DNA of 64,000 nucleotides from Candidatus Kapaibacterium sp. (GCA_963664875.1 OY761611.1:3232001-3296000); one strand, 5' to 3'. Positions 29,951 through 39,568 are shown, counted from the stretch's first letter. The notes: generated by a model from the sequence alone, not told the origin. Translations and numbers: made by a program.

Positions 29951-31231
29951 ATGAAAAAACTTCTCCTCTACATATTGGCATTTTTTGCATTCATTGGCAG
30001 CTTGCGTTCGCAAGAGCAGGCAGCTTTTGTGCAAATATATAATACATACAGAATATCTTCTGATGTACTCTCTTTCCAATTAATCATGGGTAGAAGCAAT
30101 GAAAACTGGTACAAATTTGCAAACGGCACTTATCAGCTACAGTTTTCAGACGGCTCTCTAATAAATTCGACTTTGTACAGAATCGATTTGATATCATCGG
30201 ATCTTAAGCTTGCAACAGTAGCCGGTGGAGATGATTTGCAAAAAGATGCTTACACGATTGATCCGGTAGTCTTTAATGACAGATTCAGCATTACAATAGT
30301 CGGACCTGAAACATTAGATGATTGTGCTACCATACCTACTGATGAGACAGTGTTGCTCGGCGAATTTCAAATCTCTTCCAAAGATGGTGCGACTGTTCCT
30401 GATGTATTAGTCTGGAAAACACCTTTGCTTTTTTATCAGGCTTGTGCTTACAAAACTGATAAAGATTCACTTGATGGTTTTATCACACGCTTTACCATCG
30501 AGGACAATATAGAGATGCACGACGAAATTTCGTCTTATGTAGATTTTAAAACTGATGATTCTGAGCGGCCTGCCATGCGTCTTGTCGAATTTACTGCACA
30601 GTATGTAGGTGGTAAAAATGTAAAATTAGATTGGAGAACTGACGAAGAAGCATATAACAAAGGCTTTATAGTCAGAAGAGCTCCAAGACCTGATATGTTC
30701 CAGCAGAGCAATGAACTGGTTTATAATCATGAAGTCTCCTCTTTTACTTATGATAATCGTTTGCTTGGAGCCGGCACGACAAAGCAGCCTCAGACTTACG
30801 AATATTATTATGATTCTGTCGAATATAGAGGTGGCGATTATTGCTATGAGTTGCTATATGAAGATTTCGAAGGCAATGTAACTACTTTGGCTTATGCCTG
30901 TGCACCTGTGCCGAATGCAGTAATCGTATATGCAGCACCTTCGGAAAATCCATTTAGAGAATCAACACGAATAGATTATATTGTAGATGATGATGTTACG
31001 ATGACCGTAACAGTCTATGAGCTTGGTGGCAAAGAGATTACCAAACTTTCCGACGAATCAGGTCAATTGTTAGATGGTGTAGTTGTCAAAAAAGGAGAAC
31101 ACAGCACCACCTTTAATGCGTCAGAATTATCATCGCAGGGTATGTATGATGTAATATTTATAGCATATCCGATAGACGACCCATCGGTAGAACTCTCAAG
31201 AGCGGTTGTAAAACTTCAACTAATGAGGTAG
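29951..31231 (+). CDS. T9SS type-A CTD protein with N-terminal cohesin-like beta-sandwich
   Basis: Signal peptide (LRS|Q); MRLVEFTA..VKLDWRT.EE.YNKGF.V.R Ig domain; ENPFRESTRIDY..VYELGGKEI..GMY..KLQLMR sorting domain. The cohesin assignment is inferred. Confidence 0.7.
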   Translation: MKKLLLYILAFFAFIGSLRSQEQAAFVQIYNTYRISSDVLSFQLIMGRSNENWYKFANGTYQLQFSDGSLINSTLYRIDLISSDLKLATVAGGDDLQKDAYTIDPVVFNDRFSITIVGPETLDDCATIPTDETVLLGEFQISSKDGATVPDVLVWKTPLLFYQACAYKTDKDSLDGFITRFTIEDNIEMHDEISSYVDFKTDDSERPAMRLVEFTAQYVGGKNVKLDWRTDEEAYNKGFIVRRAPRPDMFQQSNELVYNHEVSSFTYDNRLLGAGTTKQPQTYEYYYDSVEYRGGDYCYELLYEDFEGNVTTLAYACAPVPNAVIVYAAPSENPFRESTRIDYIVDDDVTMTVTVYELGGKEITKLSDESGQLLDGVVVKKGEHSTTFNASELSSQGMYDVIFIAYPIDDPSVELSRAVVKLQLMR

Positions 31232-31236
31232 CCGGC

Positions 31237-33120
31237 ATGTTGCTCAAAAATATCGCATTATTATTTTTAGTTTTAGCAAGTACTAAGTTACTTGCTATTG
31301 ATTTTATTACTCCGCAAGCAGATGAAACAATAATCGCAGGCAGTACCTATAAGCTGACTTGGGAGGAAAAACCCGGTTCCTCGTACAACTTATTCTACTC
31401 TGAAGACGGCGGTGAAAATTATACCCAAATTGCCGAAAATGTAACTACCAACGAATATGATTGGCAAGTTCCCGAATTGAACGAATTGAATATTAAACTA
31501 CTTTGTGTAGCTAATTATTTTGTAGAACCACAGCTTTTGTATTCAGAAGATTTGCAATCGGGTAGAGTAAACTCCATATCTTATTCAGAAGATGGTAAGC
31601 AAATACTGATTACTACATTTGATAATAATATCTACGTCTATTCTCCAACATTTACGAGAGTGCAAGTCTTTCCGTTCCCTACTTTAGAAACCATTTTTGA
31701 TGCTGATTTCATAGGGCACGGCACAATAATATTTAGTTCCGGTGGCAGAGTATATTCTTTTCAAATAATGGATGGCATACCACATGAAATTGCAGCAGGG
31801 AATTTTGATATAAACGAAAACATAGAAAAACTGGAATATGGCAGTTCTCGTTTGGAAATTGCGGCAGCTTCTTATGACGGATCTTTCAAAGTGATAGATT
31901 ATCTGACAGGTATTGCAAAAAAAAGCTTTAATTCGGTAGATGGGCATGAATTTTATAGCCTGAAATATTCAAAATACGAAAAATACATTGCTGCCGGCGA
32001 TAAGGCAGGCAGAGTTTATATTTATGATTTTGACAATGATGTACTTAGTACAATCGAACCAAAAGTAAATCCAAATATTACATGGAATATCGCAAGAGCT
32101 ATAGATTTCAGTTCAGATAATTCCGAAATAGTAGTTGCCTATGCAGATGGTAGTTTCTCTGTTTATGATAGGTCTTCTCATGCTGAAATAAGAAGCATAG
32201 ATGCACATACTTCACAAATCAGAGCAATAGAATATCATCCGATAGATCAGCACATCTTTGCAGCTTCGATGGATATGACTTTTTCTCAATGGGAGAGCAC
32301 AAAATCTTTACATGTGCCGTCATATACAGGGCAATCTAATATTGATGCCGATTACTCACAAACCGGCGATACTATTGCACTATCAACATATCAGGGTAGT
32401 ATCCAATTTTGGAAAAACTTTGTATCGGATATAGATACTGCAGAAACAGAATTCAATTTGAAATATAAATTGAAAGTTTATTATGATGATTATGCCGTTG
32501 GGTATGACACAAAGCTAAGCATAACGCCTAAAATAGAATATAATCATCAAAATCAAATCCCTTTGCAGGGGATAGATGCAGCAAAAATATATGTCAGAAT
32601 GCCATCAAGGATGCTTTATCCATTGAGCAAAATTACAATCGAAAGAATGGGAGAGAGATTTGCCTTTACTGAAACCATCGGCAAAGATGATAAAGATGAG
32701 AATGTGTTTTTAGCTCTACACAATCCCTACACTTCCATCGATACTCTATTTGTGGACAGCGTGAGCTATAGCGGGTCTAATTTGGAAATAGAGCTACAAA
32801 ACGGAAGCATCATCACTCAAGATAATTGCTTATTGCATCCGTCAAAAATGTATTTTGCAGGCGAAGCTGAGCTAAAGATATATCCTAATCCGGCTGAGAA
32901 TTTCATAAAAATTGACTGCAAACTACCTGAAAATACTTTACACGAATATTACGTGTATGATATAGACGGGAGCGAATTGCCGGCTATGAACGGAGAAATT
33001 GAGCATGATGCCAAGGAAAAAGAAATAAATATCTCAAAACTTTCGAGTGGATTATATACATTTGAGATAGTATCAGAGAGCGGAAAAAAATATTACGCAC
33101 GCTTTTTCATAATAAAATAA
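31237..33120 (+). CDS. WD40-repeat protein with T9SS C-terminal sorting domain
   Basis: N-terminal Ig (YSEDGGENY..YDWQVP), WD-like repeats (AHTSQIRAIEYHP..SMDMTFSQW), CTD IYPNPAENFIKI..LSSGLYTF..RFFIIK. Confidence 0.8.
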   Translation: MLLKNIALLFLVLASTKLLAIDFITPQADETIIAGSTYKLTWEEKPGSSYNLFYSEDGGENYTQIAENVTTNEYDWQVPELNELNIKLLCVANYFVEPQLLYSEDLQSGRVNSISYSEDGKQILITTFDNNIYVYSPTFTRVQVFPFPTLETIFDADFIGHGTIIFSSGGRVYSFQIMDGIPHEIAAGNFDINENIEKLEYGSSRLEIAAASYDGSFKVIDYLTGIAKKSFNSVDGHEFYSLKYSKYEKYIAAGDKAGRVYIYDFDNDVLSTIEPKVNPNITWNIARAIDFSSDNSEIVVAYADGSFSVYDRSSHAEIRSIDAHTSQIRAIEYHPIDQHIFAASMDMTFSQWESTKSLHVPSYTGQSNIDADYSQTGDTIALSTYQGSIQFWKNFVSDIDTAETEFNLKYKLKVYYDDYAVGYDTKLSITPKIEYNHQNQIPLQGIDAAKIYVRMPSRMLYPLSKITIERMGERFAFTETIGKDDKDENVFLALHNPYTSIDTLFVDSVSYSGSNLEIELQNGSIITQDNCLLHPSKMYFAGEAELKIYPNPAENFIKIDCKLPENTLHEYYVYDIDGSELPAMNGEIEHDAKEKEINISKLSSGLYTFEIVSESGKKYYARFFIIK

Positions 33121-33124
33121 AACT

Positions 33125-34558
33125 GTGGGTAGCGTTTTGAGACAAAAGAAGTTAATAAATTCGATAATGATAGTTACTATGATATTCCTATGTGTCTATT
33201 CCGGATTCTCGCAGGCAGATGAAGGTTATGAAAGAGATATAAGAATACTTAAAAGCAACGATACGCTTGTAGTACATAGAAAATTTGGTGATTTTTGGTT
33301 TGGAGCATTTTCAGGCGTATCTCTCAATTCATATTTTGGAGATTTGATCATTAAGCCAAGTGCCGAAGGCTTGATGAATCCTTTTGCTCAAACTACAGTA
33401 TATCCTCCGGGTTCAGGTAGCGGCTTATTTATAGGTGTGATGGGCGAATGGGTGCCTATCAATGAAAACTGGGGGGCTTGGCTAAAGGTGAGGTTTTACG
33501 ACAGCAGATTTAGCTCTACTCAGACTCAAATAGCTACAGACAGCTTAGATACATATTGGAAAGCAGAAACTTCGCTTCAATATATCACAATAAGCCCGGG
33601 AGCGAGATATAATACTTCTATTTCGGGGCTTTATCTTACCGCAGGTCTTGATTTCGAGTTAAATAGCTCTACGGATGTGAAAGTTGGTAAAGCATTTGAA
33701 AATGGCTCTCCTATTGATGAATTAAAGATAGTACAAATTGACAAAGCTAAAGCAAGATATGGGATAAATCTCGGTGTCGGTTACGAATTTGTTATTGCAG
33801 ATATCAACCGAAAATACAGAGCAAGAATATCTCCGTATTTTTCTCTTCATGCCGGTTCTAATATTTTAACAGATTATGGTTCTTCATGGAATGCTGTCAT
33901 GGCGAGAGCCGGTCTGCAAATTAAAATCGGAAAAGACAGGCAGACATTCGACACGCTTCCTTTTAATCCTGCTTATCAAGAGCCTCCTCGCTATTATGCT
34001 TCGGTCAAGTCTGATGCAGGAATACAGGTAGATTTATCAGATTTCAGAAGCACTCTTGTTTCCGCATGGCTGACTCAGGTAGAAGTTCCTGCTATACAAG
34101 AAGAAATCAGAGAAGAACCAATTTTAGATTTGGCAGATGTAAGGTCTGAAAGACCGGAAGAGCAGTTAGTGGTAACTAAGCCGGTACCTGTCCAGAAAAA
34201 AATAGACGTAGTGCCGGGCGATACTGTAAACTTCTCTTTCCGAACTTCTGCATCATCTGAACTTACTACTGACGCAAAAGCATATCTAAATGCAGTAGCA
34301 GAAGTGCTAAAAGGCGATCCTAATAAAATTGTTAGAATAAGAGGTCACTCAGATAACCGTGGTACATTACCTCAAAACACTCAGAGATCAAATGCAAGAG
34401 CAGACGAAGCCAGAAAATATCTAATCAGCCGAGGGGTACCTGCGGGTAGAGTATTTGCTGCAGGGGTCGGTTCTCTTTATCCGATCGGAGATAACAATGT
34501 TGAATCAGGCAGACGAAAAAACAGAAGGATAGAGGTAATAGTTGTAAGTACGAGGTAA
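33125..34558 (+). CDS. OmpA-family outer-membrane protein (N-terminal beta-barrel plus peptidoglycan-binding domain)
   Basis: Amphipathic beta-strands, then IRGHSDNRG..N..RS.ARA, NRRIEV. Start may be ATG 33167. Confidence 0.85.
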   Translation: MGSVLRQKKLINSIMIVTMIFLCVYSGFSQADEGYERDIRILKSNDTLVVHRKFGDFWFGAFSGVSLNSYFGDLIIKPSAEGLMNPFAQTTVYPPGSGSGLFIGVMGEWVPINENWGAWLKVRFYDSRFSSTQTQIATDSLDTYWKAETSLQYITISPGARYNTSISGLYLTAGLDFELNSSTDVKVGKAFENGSPIDELKIVQIDKAKARYGINLGVGYEFVIADINRKYRARISPYFSLHAGSNILTDYGSSWNAVMARAGLQIKIGKDRQTFDTLPFNPAYQEPPRYYASVKSDAGIQVDLSDFRSTLVSAWLTQVEVPAIQEEIREEPILDLADVRSERPEEQLVVTKPVPVQKKIDVVPGDTVNFSFRTSASSELTTDAKAYLNAVAEVLKGDPNKIVRIRGHSDNRGTLPQNTQRSNARADEARKYLISRGVPAGRVFAAGVGSLYPIGDNNVESGRRKNRRIEVIVVSTR

Positions 34559-34639
34559 AAAAAATTGGTTTATTTATCAAAAATTAAATATATTTCCCTA
34601 TGTTTACAAATACTCGAAAACTAAAATACGGATTTCAAT

Positions 34640-35020
34640 ATGGACAAGACTTTACCTATTTGCATAATTGAAGATAGTGCTCCAATCAGAAAACTTTTTA
34701 GTGCACTTTTAAAAAAATCAGGATATGAAGTAAAAGATTTTGAAGATGCCTTTTCGAGTCTCGAATGGCTCAAAGTGAATAAGGCAATGGGTATTATTAT
34801 GGATATACTTTTGCCGGATATGAACGGTACAGATTTACTTAAAAAAGTTAAAGAAGTACCTGAACATAAAGATACACCGGTAATTGCTGTTACAGGATTT
34901 GCCACAGCAAACGACAAAGAACGCTTTACTAACTTAGGATTTACTTCCTATATAGCTAAGCCGGTTGTTACTGCTACTTTTGTAGATGATGTGCTTAAAG
35001 GTTTTCAGGAAAAAAATTGA
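34640..35020 (+). CDS. Single-domain response regulator (CheY/DivK-like)
   Basis: IIEDS, MDILLPDMNG, VIAVTG, YIAKPV. Confidence 0.9.
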   Translation: MDKTLPICIIEDSAPIRKLFSALLKKSGYEVKDFEDAFSSLEWLKVNKAMGIIMDILLPDMNGTDLLKKVKEVPEHKDTPVIAVTGFATANDKERFTNLGFTSYIAKPVVTATFVDDVLKGFQEKN

Positions 35021-35034
35021 GATAAATCGACAAT

Positions 35035-37293
35035 ATGGACTACAACAACAACTTAAATAATAACTCTTTTGAGTCATTAGTATCGAATATGACCAAAAAG
35101 GATAAGTCGGTCTATTCGATAAAAAAGACTTATCCTGCACTAATTGTTTTGATTGTTGCATTGACATTGTCATGGATTGCTTACAATTATGTTGATCAGC
35201 AAATAATTGATGATAGAAATGAGCTTTATGAAGAGGCAACCGGTTCGGTAGTAAAAAGATTTGAAAAATCTTACTCTGCCGACTTGCAGATAACTCATTC
35301 AATGACAGGGATTTATGACCAACTGTTTGAAGTAGTAAGAGATTACTTCGAATTGTATGGCAATACTCCTGTGAAAACTGATACTTCTATGCTAAGCATG
35401 ATTTATGCCCAAAAGGTGGCTAATGCTGAACGTGGGCAGTATATTCATGATGTTATGTCTCAGGGTTACTGGTCTTATCAGATTTTCCCGGAAGGAGAAA
35501 GAGAAGAATACTTCCCTGTGCAGTATATAGTCCCGTTTGATGAAACTACTAATCACAAGCATGGATTTGATCTTAAGACCGATCCGCGAATATACTCAGC
35601 TATCGAAAAAGCAAGAGATAACCGCAGTGCAACTGCTACTGAATTTTTTGAAATTCGCAAACCGGATACTCTTGGTTTTTATATTGTTATGCCAATTTAT
35701 AAAAAAGATACACCAAGAGAAACTCTCGAAGATAGAAGAGCCAACCATCAGGGGGCTGTTCTTATGGAAATCAATTCTGCTTTGTTTTTCGAAACAGCTC
35801 TTGGCAAATCAGTTGCTTCTGACTCGACCATAGCTTTCGAATGCTTCGGAGTTAGTGATAAAGGTGATAGATATTCTATATATAAATCAAAAAACTTTGA
35901 TGAAATTCCGCAAAGCTATCAGCCGGTTATAACTTCTGAGTACGAATTGCCTCATGTTGATAAAAGTATTATTATTGCTTTCAAAACCAGCGATAAATTC
36001 GGAGCTGATTTATCAGCGGATATGCCAAATATTGTTTTAGCTTTACTGTCGGTACTGAGTTTTGCAGGTGCATTTTTGATGTTCTTGATTTTGACTTCAC
36101 GTGAAAGAGCTGAAATCAGAGCTAAAAAAATCTCCCGTTCACAGACGCGAATTACAGATTCATCGAAAGATATAATTGCTACTTTAAGTTTGGAAGGTGT
36201 TTTTGTTACAGCAAACCCTGCCGTAGCTGAAATTTTGGATATATCGCCGGAACAGCTTTTAGGTTTGAATATCTCTTCTCTTTTGATTAGAGAAAAAGAT
36301 ATTAATACATTCAACGAATTAGCAAAATCCGTAGTAGAAGAATATACAGAGCGTTTCGATTTTGAAGTTCATAAACATGGTGCTACCGATGAGTCTGTTT
36401 GGATTAACTGGAGCTTTACCGTTTCAAAAGAAGACGGCTATATTTATGCGATTGGTCGAGATGTAACGGAACAAATACTTACAGCTAAACGCGAACGAAT
36501 TAAGAGCAAAGAAGTAGAAATTGCAGAGCTTATTGCAAACAAATCTACTGCATATATTGCTCACTTTATGACCGAACTTTCGCACAGCATCAGGAACTCA
36601 CTAACGGGTGCTATCGGTTATATAGAATTGTTGCAGCTTGGCGTCTATGAAAATGAAGAAGAGTTCCAGTCATACCTCGAAATGGCACACGAATCTTCAC
36701 AGGAAATTTTCAACTATATAGCAAGTATTGTTGATGCTGCTCTTGAGTCTTACAATGGACTGCTTAAAGAAAAAAGGATGAATGATCCTGAGCTTTCTGA
36801 TACTTTACCGGAATTATCTGTAATATCAATTAGTGAGATTATGGATAATTTGAATGAGAGAATGAAAGATAAATCGGGAATTGATTTTGATATCAGATTT
36901 ACCAGCGAAAACCCGGATGTGAAGGTAATATCCTACAAAGAAAGTATTGACAAAATTCTTTTTGATATTTCTAAAGTGCTATCCTACAATTTGGAAAGGC
37001 TTGTTCTTAACATCAACGCAGAAGACAATACTGCTGAGGGAGCAATTTTAATCCAGATAATGGATGATGGCAATGATGATTTGCCTGATTTGATTGAGGT
37101 ATTCAGACATAATAGCTCAAATCTGATTAAAAATATCGCACTGGATAAAGATGATATATTGCTCAATTTCTCTAAAATTAAATTGCTTGCTGAACAGATT
37201 GATTGCCAACTTACAGTAGAAACCTTCGGTAAAGGAGATTCTAACTTAGTGCAGTTAAACATTCCTTTGAAAGGAAAAATGTCCGGAAAGTAG
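35035..37293 (+). CDS. CHASE + PAS sensor with degenerate histidine kinase module
   Basis: Two TM helices flanking a CHASE domain (YFPVQYIVP..GFDL..AIEKARD), PAS (ANPA..IGRDVTE), H-box ELSHSIRNSL; HATPase boxes eroded. Confidence 0.8.
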   Translation: MDYNNNLNNNSFESLVSNMTKKDKSVYSIKKTYPALIVLIVALTLSWIAYNYVDQQIIDDRNELYEEATGSVVKRFEKSYSADLQITHSMTGIYDQLFEVVRDYFELYGNTPVKTDTSMLSMIYAQKVANAERGQYIHDVMSQGYWSYQIFPEGEREEYFPVQYIVPFDETTNHKHGFDLKTDPRIYSAIEKARDNRSATATEFFEIRKPDTLGFYIVMPIYKKDTPRETLEDRRANHQGAVLMEINSALFFETALGKSVASDSTIAFECFGVSDKGDRYSIYKSKNFDEIPQSYQPVITSEYELPHVDKSIIIAFKTSDKFGADLSADMPNIVLALLSVLSFAGAFLMFLILTSRERAEIRAKKISRSQTRITDSSKDIIATLSLEGVFVTANPAVAEILDISPEQLLGLNISSLLIREKDINTFNELAKSVVEEYTERFDFEVHKHGATDESVWINWSFTVSKEDGYIYAIGRDVTEQILTAKRERIKSKEVEIAELIANKSTAYIAHFMTELSHSIRNSLTGAIGYIELLQLGVYENEEEFQSYLEMAHESSQEIFNYIASIVDAALESYNGLLKEKRMNDPELSDTLPELSVISISEIMDNLNERMKDKSGIDFDIRFTSENPDVKVISYKESIDKILFDISKVLSYNLERLVLNINAEDNTAEGAILIQIMDDGNDDLPDLIEVFRHNSSNLIKNIALDKDDILLNFSKIKLLAEQIDCQLTVETFGKGDSNLVQLNIPLKGKMSGK

Positions 37294-37328
37294 AGCATAC
37301 TAGATGTAAATATTAAAACGACTTGATT

Positions 37329-37363
37329 AAAGCCGCCGACTTAGAAATTCGACGGCTTTTTTT
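37329..37363 (+). terminator. Intrinsic terminator
   Basis: AAAGCCGCCGA / TCGACGGCTTT stem (one mismatch) ending in a T7 run. Confidence 0.7.
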
Positions 37364-37488
37364 GGAAACTGCAAATTATATGATTCCGATTTTGTCATTA
37401 GAACTCAAAAATACTTGCAACTTCCATGATTTACGAAAAGAATTAAATTCGAAAGTGTAAAAAAAACTTACATTTTGAATCGTTGAAT

Positions 37489-37707
37489 GGGCTGTATCAT
37501 AATCAAGTTAAGATATTTAAAATTCAACAAATACACTAATGTTACCTTGTATTTTAACTGCTTTTATTTGAAGTATTTACAAATTCCCCTCTTGAGCGTC
37601 GTGCTGAGCGAGCGTAGCTAGTCGAAGTAGGGTGGCATGCGTAGCATGACGGGGTGGAAAAAAAGCTCTACAATTAATAATGCACATTGTGACTTCTGAG
37701 ACAGCCT
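37489..37707. mobile_element. Possible ~220-bp MITE-like non-autonomous element
   Basis: Imperfect terminal inverted repeats GGGCTGTATCATAA (37489-37502) and TTCTGAGACAGCCT (37694-37707; 11/14 match) enclosing a GC-rich palindromic core; no transposase. Confidence 0.4.
37584..37657. repeat. GC-rich REP-like palindromic element
   Basis: TTCCCCTCTTGAG..GTGCTGAGCGAGCGTAGCTAGTCGAAGT..AGGGTGGCATGCGTAGCATGACGGGGTGG in an AT-rich spacer; two GCGTAGC mini-hairpins. Confidence 0.55.
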
Positions 37708-37867
37708 ATACAAGAAACAAGATAACGACATGAATCGATTATAAATGACATTTTAAGATAAATTGATATTTGAGAAAGTGATTATGTACCTAACAAATCA
37801 AATGAGAGACAGAATTTCAAAAAAAACGGTATATTGTACTTCTACATACAAGTCTCGGAACTAAGTG

Positions 37868-38902
37868 ATGGATAATACTTCAAAAAACATACTGTTAGTG
37901 TTCCTTTTTGTTCTGATATTTTATATCATGTCAGTGTTGTCGTCATTGTTGATTCCATTAGCAGTGGCATTTTTGATGGCTTCAATTTTTTCGCCTCTGA
38001 TTACTTATTTAACTAAACGCAAAATTCCCAATTTTATAATCTTGCCAATAATCTCAATTATAACTTTAGGGGTTATTTATGGCATTGCTAATATAATAAT
38101 CGATACCTTCGATTCTATAGCGATGCAGCAAGACTACCTTCTCGCAAAATTGCAGGCAAAGTTTCAGGATATAGTTCTATGGCTCAAAGATGTAACCGGT
38201 ACAGATTTGAGACGTATTAATTTTGTTGCAGAGTTTGAAGATATGCTAAGCACGGAGAGAATATCTATCCTAATAAGTAGAGTTCTTAAAAGTCTTGGTT
38301 CGTTTACCGGTTCGTTTTTTATGTTTGCGTTGTATTATGTCGTGCTGCTTGCCGGCATGGCTTCTACAGAAAAGTACATCCGATATGTCGGCGGACAAAA
38401 AGGAGAAGAAGCATTTAGCAAGTATCTCCAAGTGCAAAAATCAATAATATCATATATGATTTGGAAGACATTAGTGAGCCTCTTGACAGGCGGATTAGTC
38501 GCTTTAGTATGCTATTTGTTTGATATTAAGTTTTATGTTTTTTGGGGATTTATTGCATTTATTTTAAATTACATACCTTCAATAGGTTCGATTGCTGCAA
38601 CTATTCCTCCTATAATCATGGGAATAATTGAGCTGGAAACATTAAATGCAATATTGATACTTACTATACTTTTAGCAGCCATACAGTTTGCTATCGGAAA
38701 TATCCTTGAACCGATGGTTATGGGCAATCGATTGAAGCTAAATACAATTACCGTACTATTCGGGCTTGTATTTTGGGGTTATCTATGGGGTGTAACGGGA
38801 ATGATGCTTTCAGTGCCGCTTATGGTTGTTTTGAAATTAGTGCTTGAGCAAACCAGCTCATTAAAGTTTTTAGCAAGAATGATGGAATCTCCGGAAGGAT
38901 AA
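37868..38902 (+). CDS. AI-2E family transporter
   Basis: Multi-TM; LNYIPSIGS, GNILEPMVMGNRLKLN, FWGYLWGVTGMMLSVPL. Confidence 0.9.
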   Translation: MDNTSKNILLVFLFVLIFYIMSVLSSLLIPLAVAFLMASIFSPLITYLTKRKIPNFIILPIISIITLGVIYGIANIIIDTFDSIAMQQDYLLAKLQAKFQDIVLWLKDVTGTDLRRINFVAEFEDMLSTERISILISRVLKSLGSFTGSFFMFALYYVVLLAGMASTEKYIRYVGGQKGEEAFSKYLQVQKSIISYMIWKTLVSLLTGGLVALVCYLFDIKFYVFWGFIAFILNYIPSIGSIAATIPPIIMGIIELETLNAILILTILLAAIQFAIGNILEPMVMGNRLKLNTITVLFGLVFWGYLWGVTGMMLSVPLMVVLKLVLEQTSSLKFLARMMESPEG

Positions 38903-38930
38903 ATATGTTACACAAAATTTTGGATTTGAT

Positions 38931-39470
38931 ATGAGAAACATTTTATTGATCGTGTTAGTTTTAGTATTTAGTACTGTTTGTTCCAGAGCTCAAAATACAG
39001 ATGAGGTAAAACCCGGTCAAAATCAGGAGATGTTTTCTGCATATATAGGCACTTGGAAGATACTTTCTCAAAGCTATGATTTGGGTGGAAGCCTTACTAA
39101 TACCACTAATGGTGTAGCAGAAATTAAAACTGTTTTTGAAAATCGCTATTTAGATATAGATTTCAAATTCAAGGACGATAAATCAGAATTTGATATGTTT
39201 TGGACTTTGTCTTATAATTGCATAGATAATAAATATTTTCTGTTTTCGAGGAACAGCTCCTATACTTTTCCATACTACGGAAACGGCGAGTACGATGCTA
39301 AAGCAAAGTCTTTTGCATTTCTTGTAAATCAATACGATACATACGGCAACAGATACAAAATTGTATTCAAATGGGAGAGAGAAGATAAGTTTGTTATAGA
39401 GATGTACAATTTCTCCATAAAAGGTGCAGAAATACTAAAGAATAAGTTTACTCTGATAAAATTGGATTAA
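38931..39470 (+). CDS. Secreted hypothetical protein (DUF1579/lipocalin-like beta-barrel)
   Basis: Signal peptide (SRA|Q), YIGTWK near the N-terminus, beta-rich. Confidence 0.55.
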   Translation: MRNILLIVLVLVFSTVCSRAQNTDEVKPGQNQEMFSAYIGTWKILSQSYDLGGSLTNTTNGVAEIKTVFENRYLDIDFKFKDDKSEFDMFWTLSYNCIDNKYFLFSRNSSYTFPYYGNGEYDAKAKSFAFLVNQYDTYGNRYKIVFKWEREDKFVIEMYNFSIKGAEILKNKFTLIKLD

Positions 39471-39491
39471 ATGCTTAATTTTGTACATTCT

Positions 39492-39499
39492 TATCTTTG
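39492..39499 (+). promoter_or_regulatory. -7 promoter box (TATCTTTG) upstream of rnhA
   Basis: TAnnTTTG match that overlaps the ORF-track TTG, supporting the downstream ATG 39569 as the start. Confidence 0.45.
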
Positions 39500-39568
39500 A
39501 TTCAAATGCACTGTGCAATATGTTCGGTAGCAGTTTCTCCTCATTTGCTAACTATACAAGAGACTTTA

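Noticed and set aside
37294-37867. tRNA, CRISPR or intact IS in the GC-rich spacer
   Set aside because: No cloverleaf or TTCGA T-arm in a tRNA context, no repeated spacer array, and no transposase ORF.
39497-39568. N-terminal extension of RNase HI from TTG 39497
   Set aside because: Overlaps a promoter-like box; RNase HI homology begins at ATG 39569.
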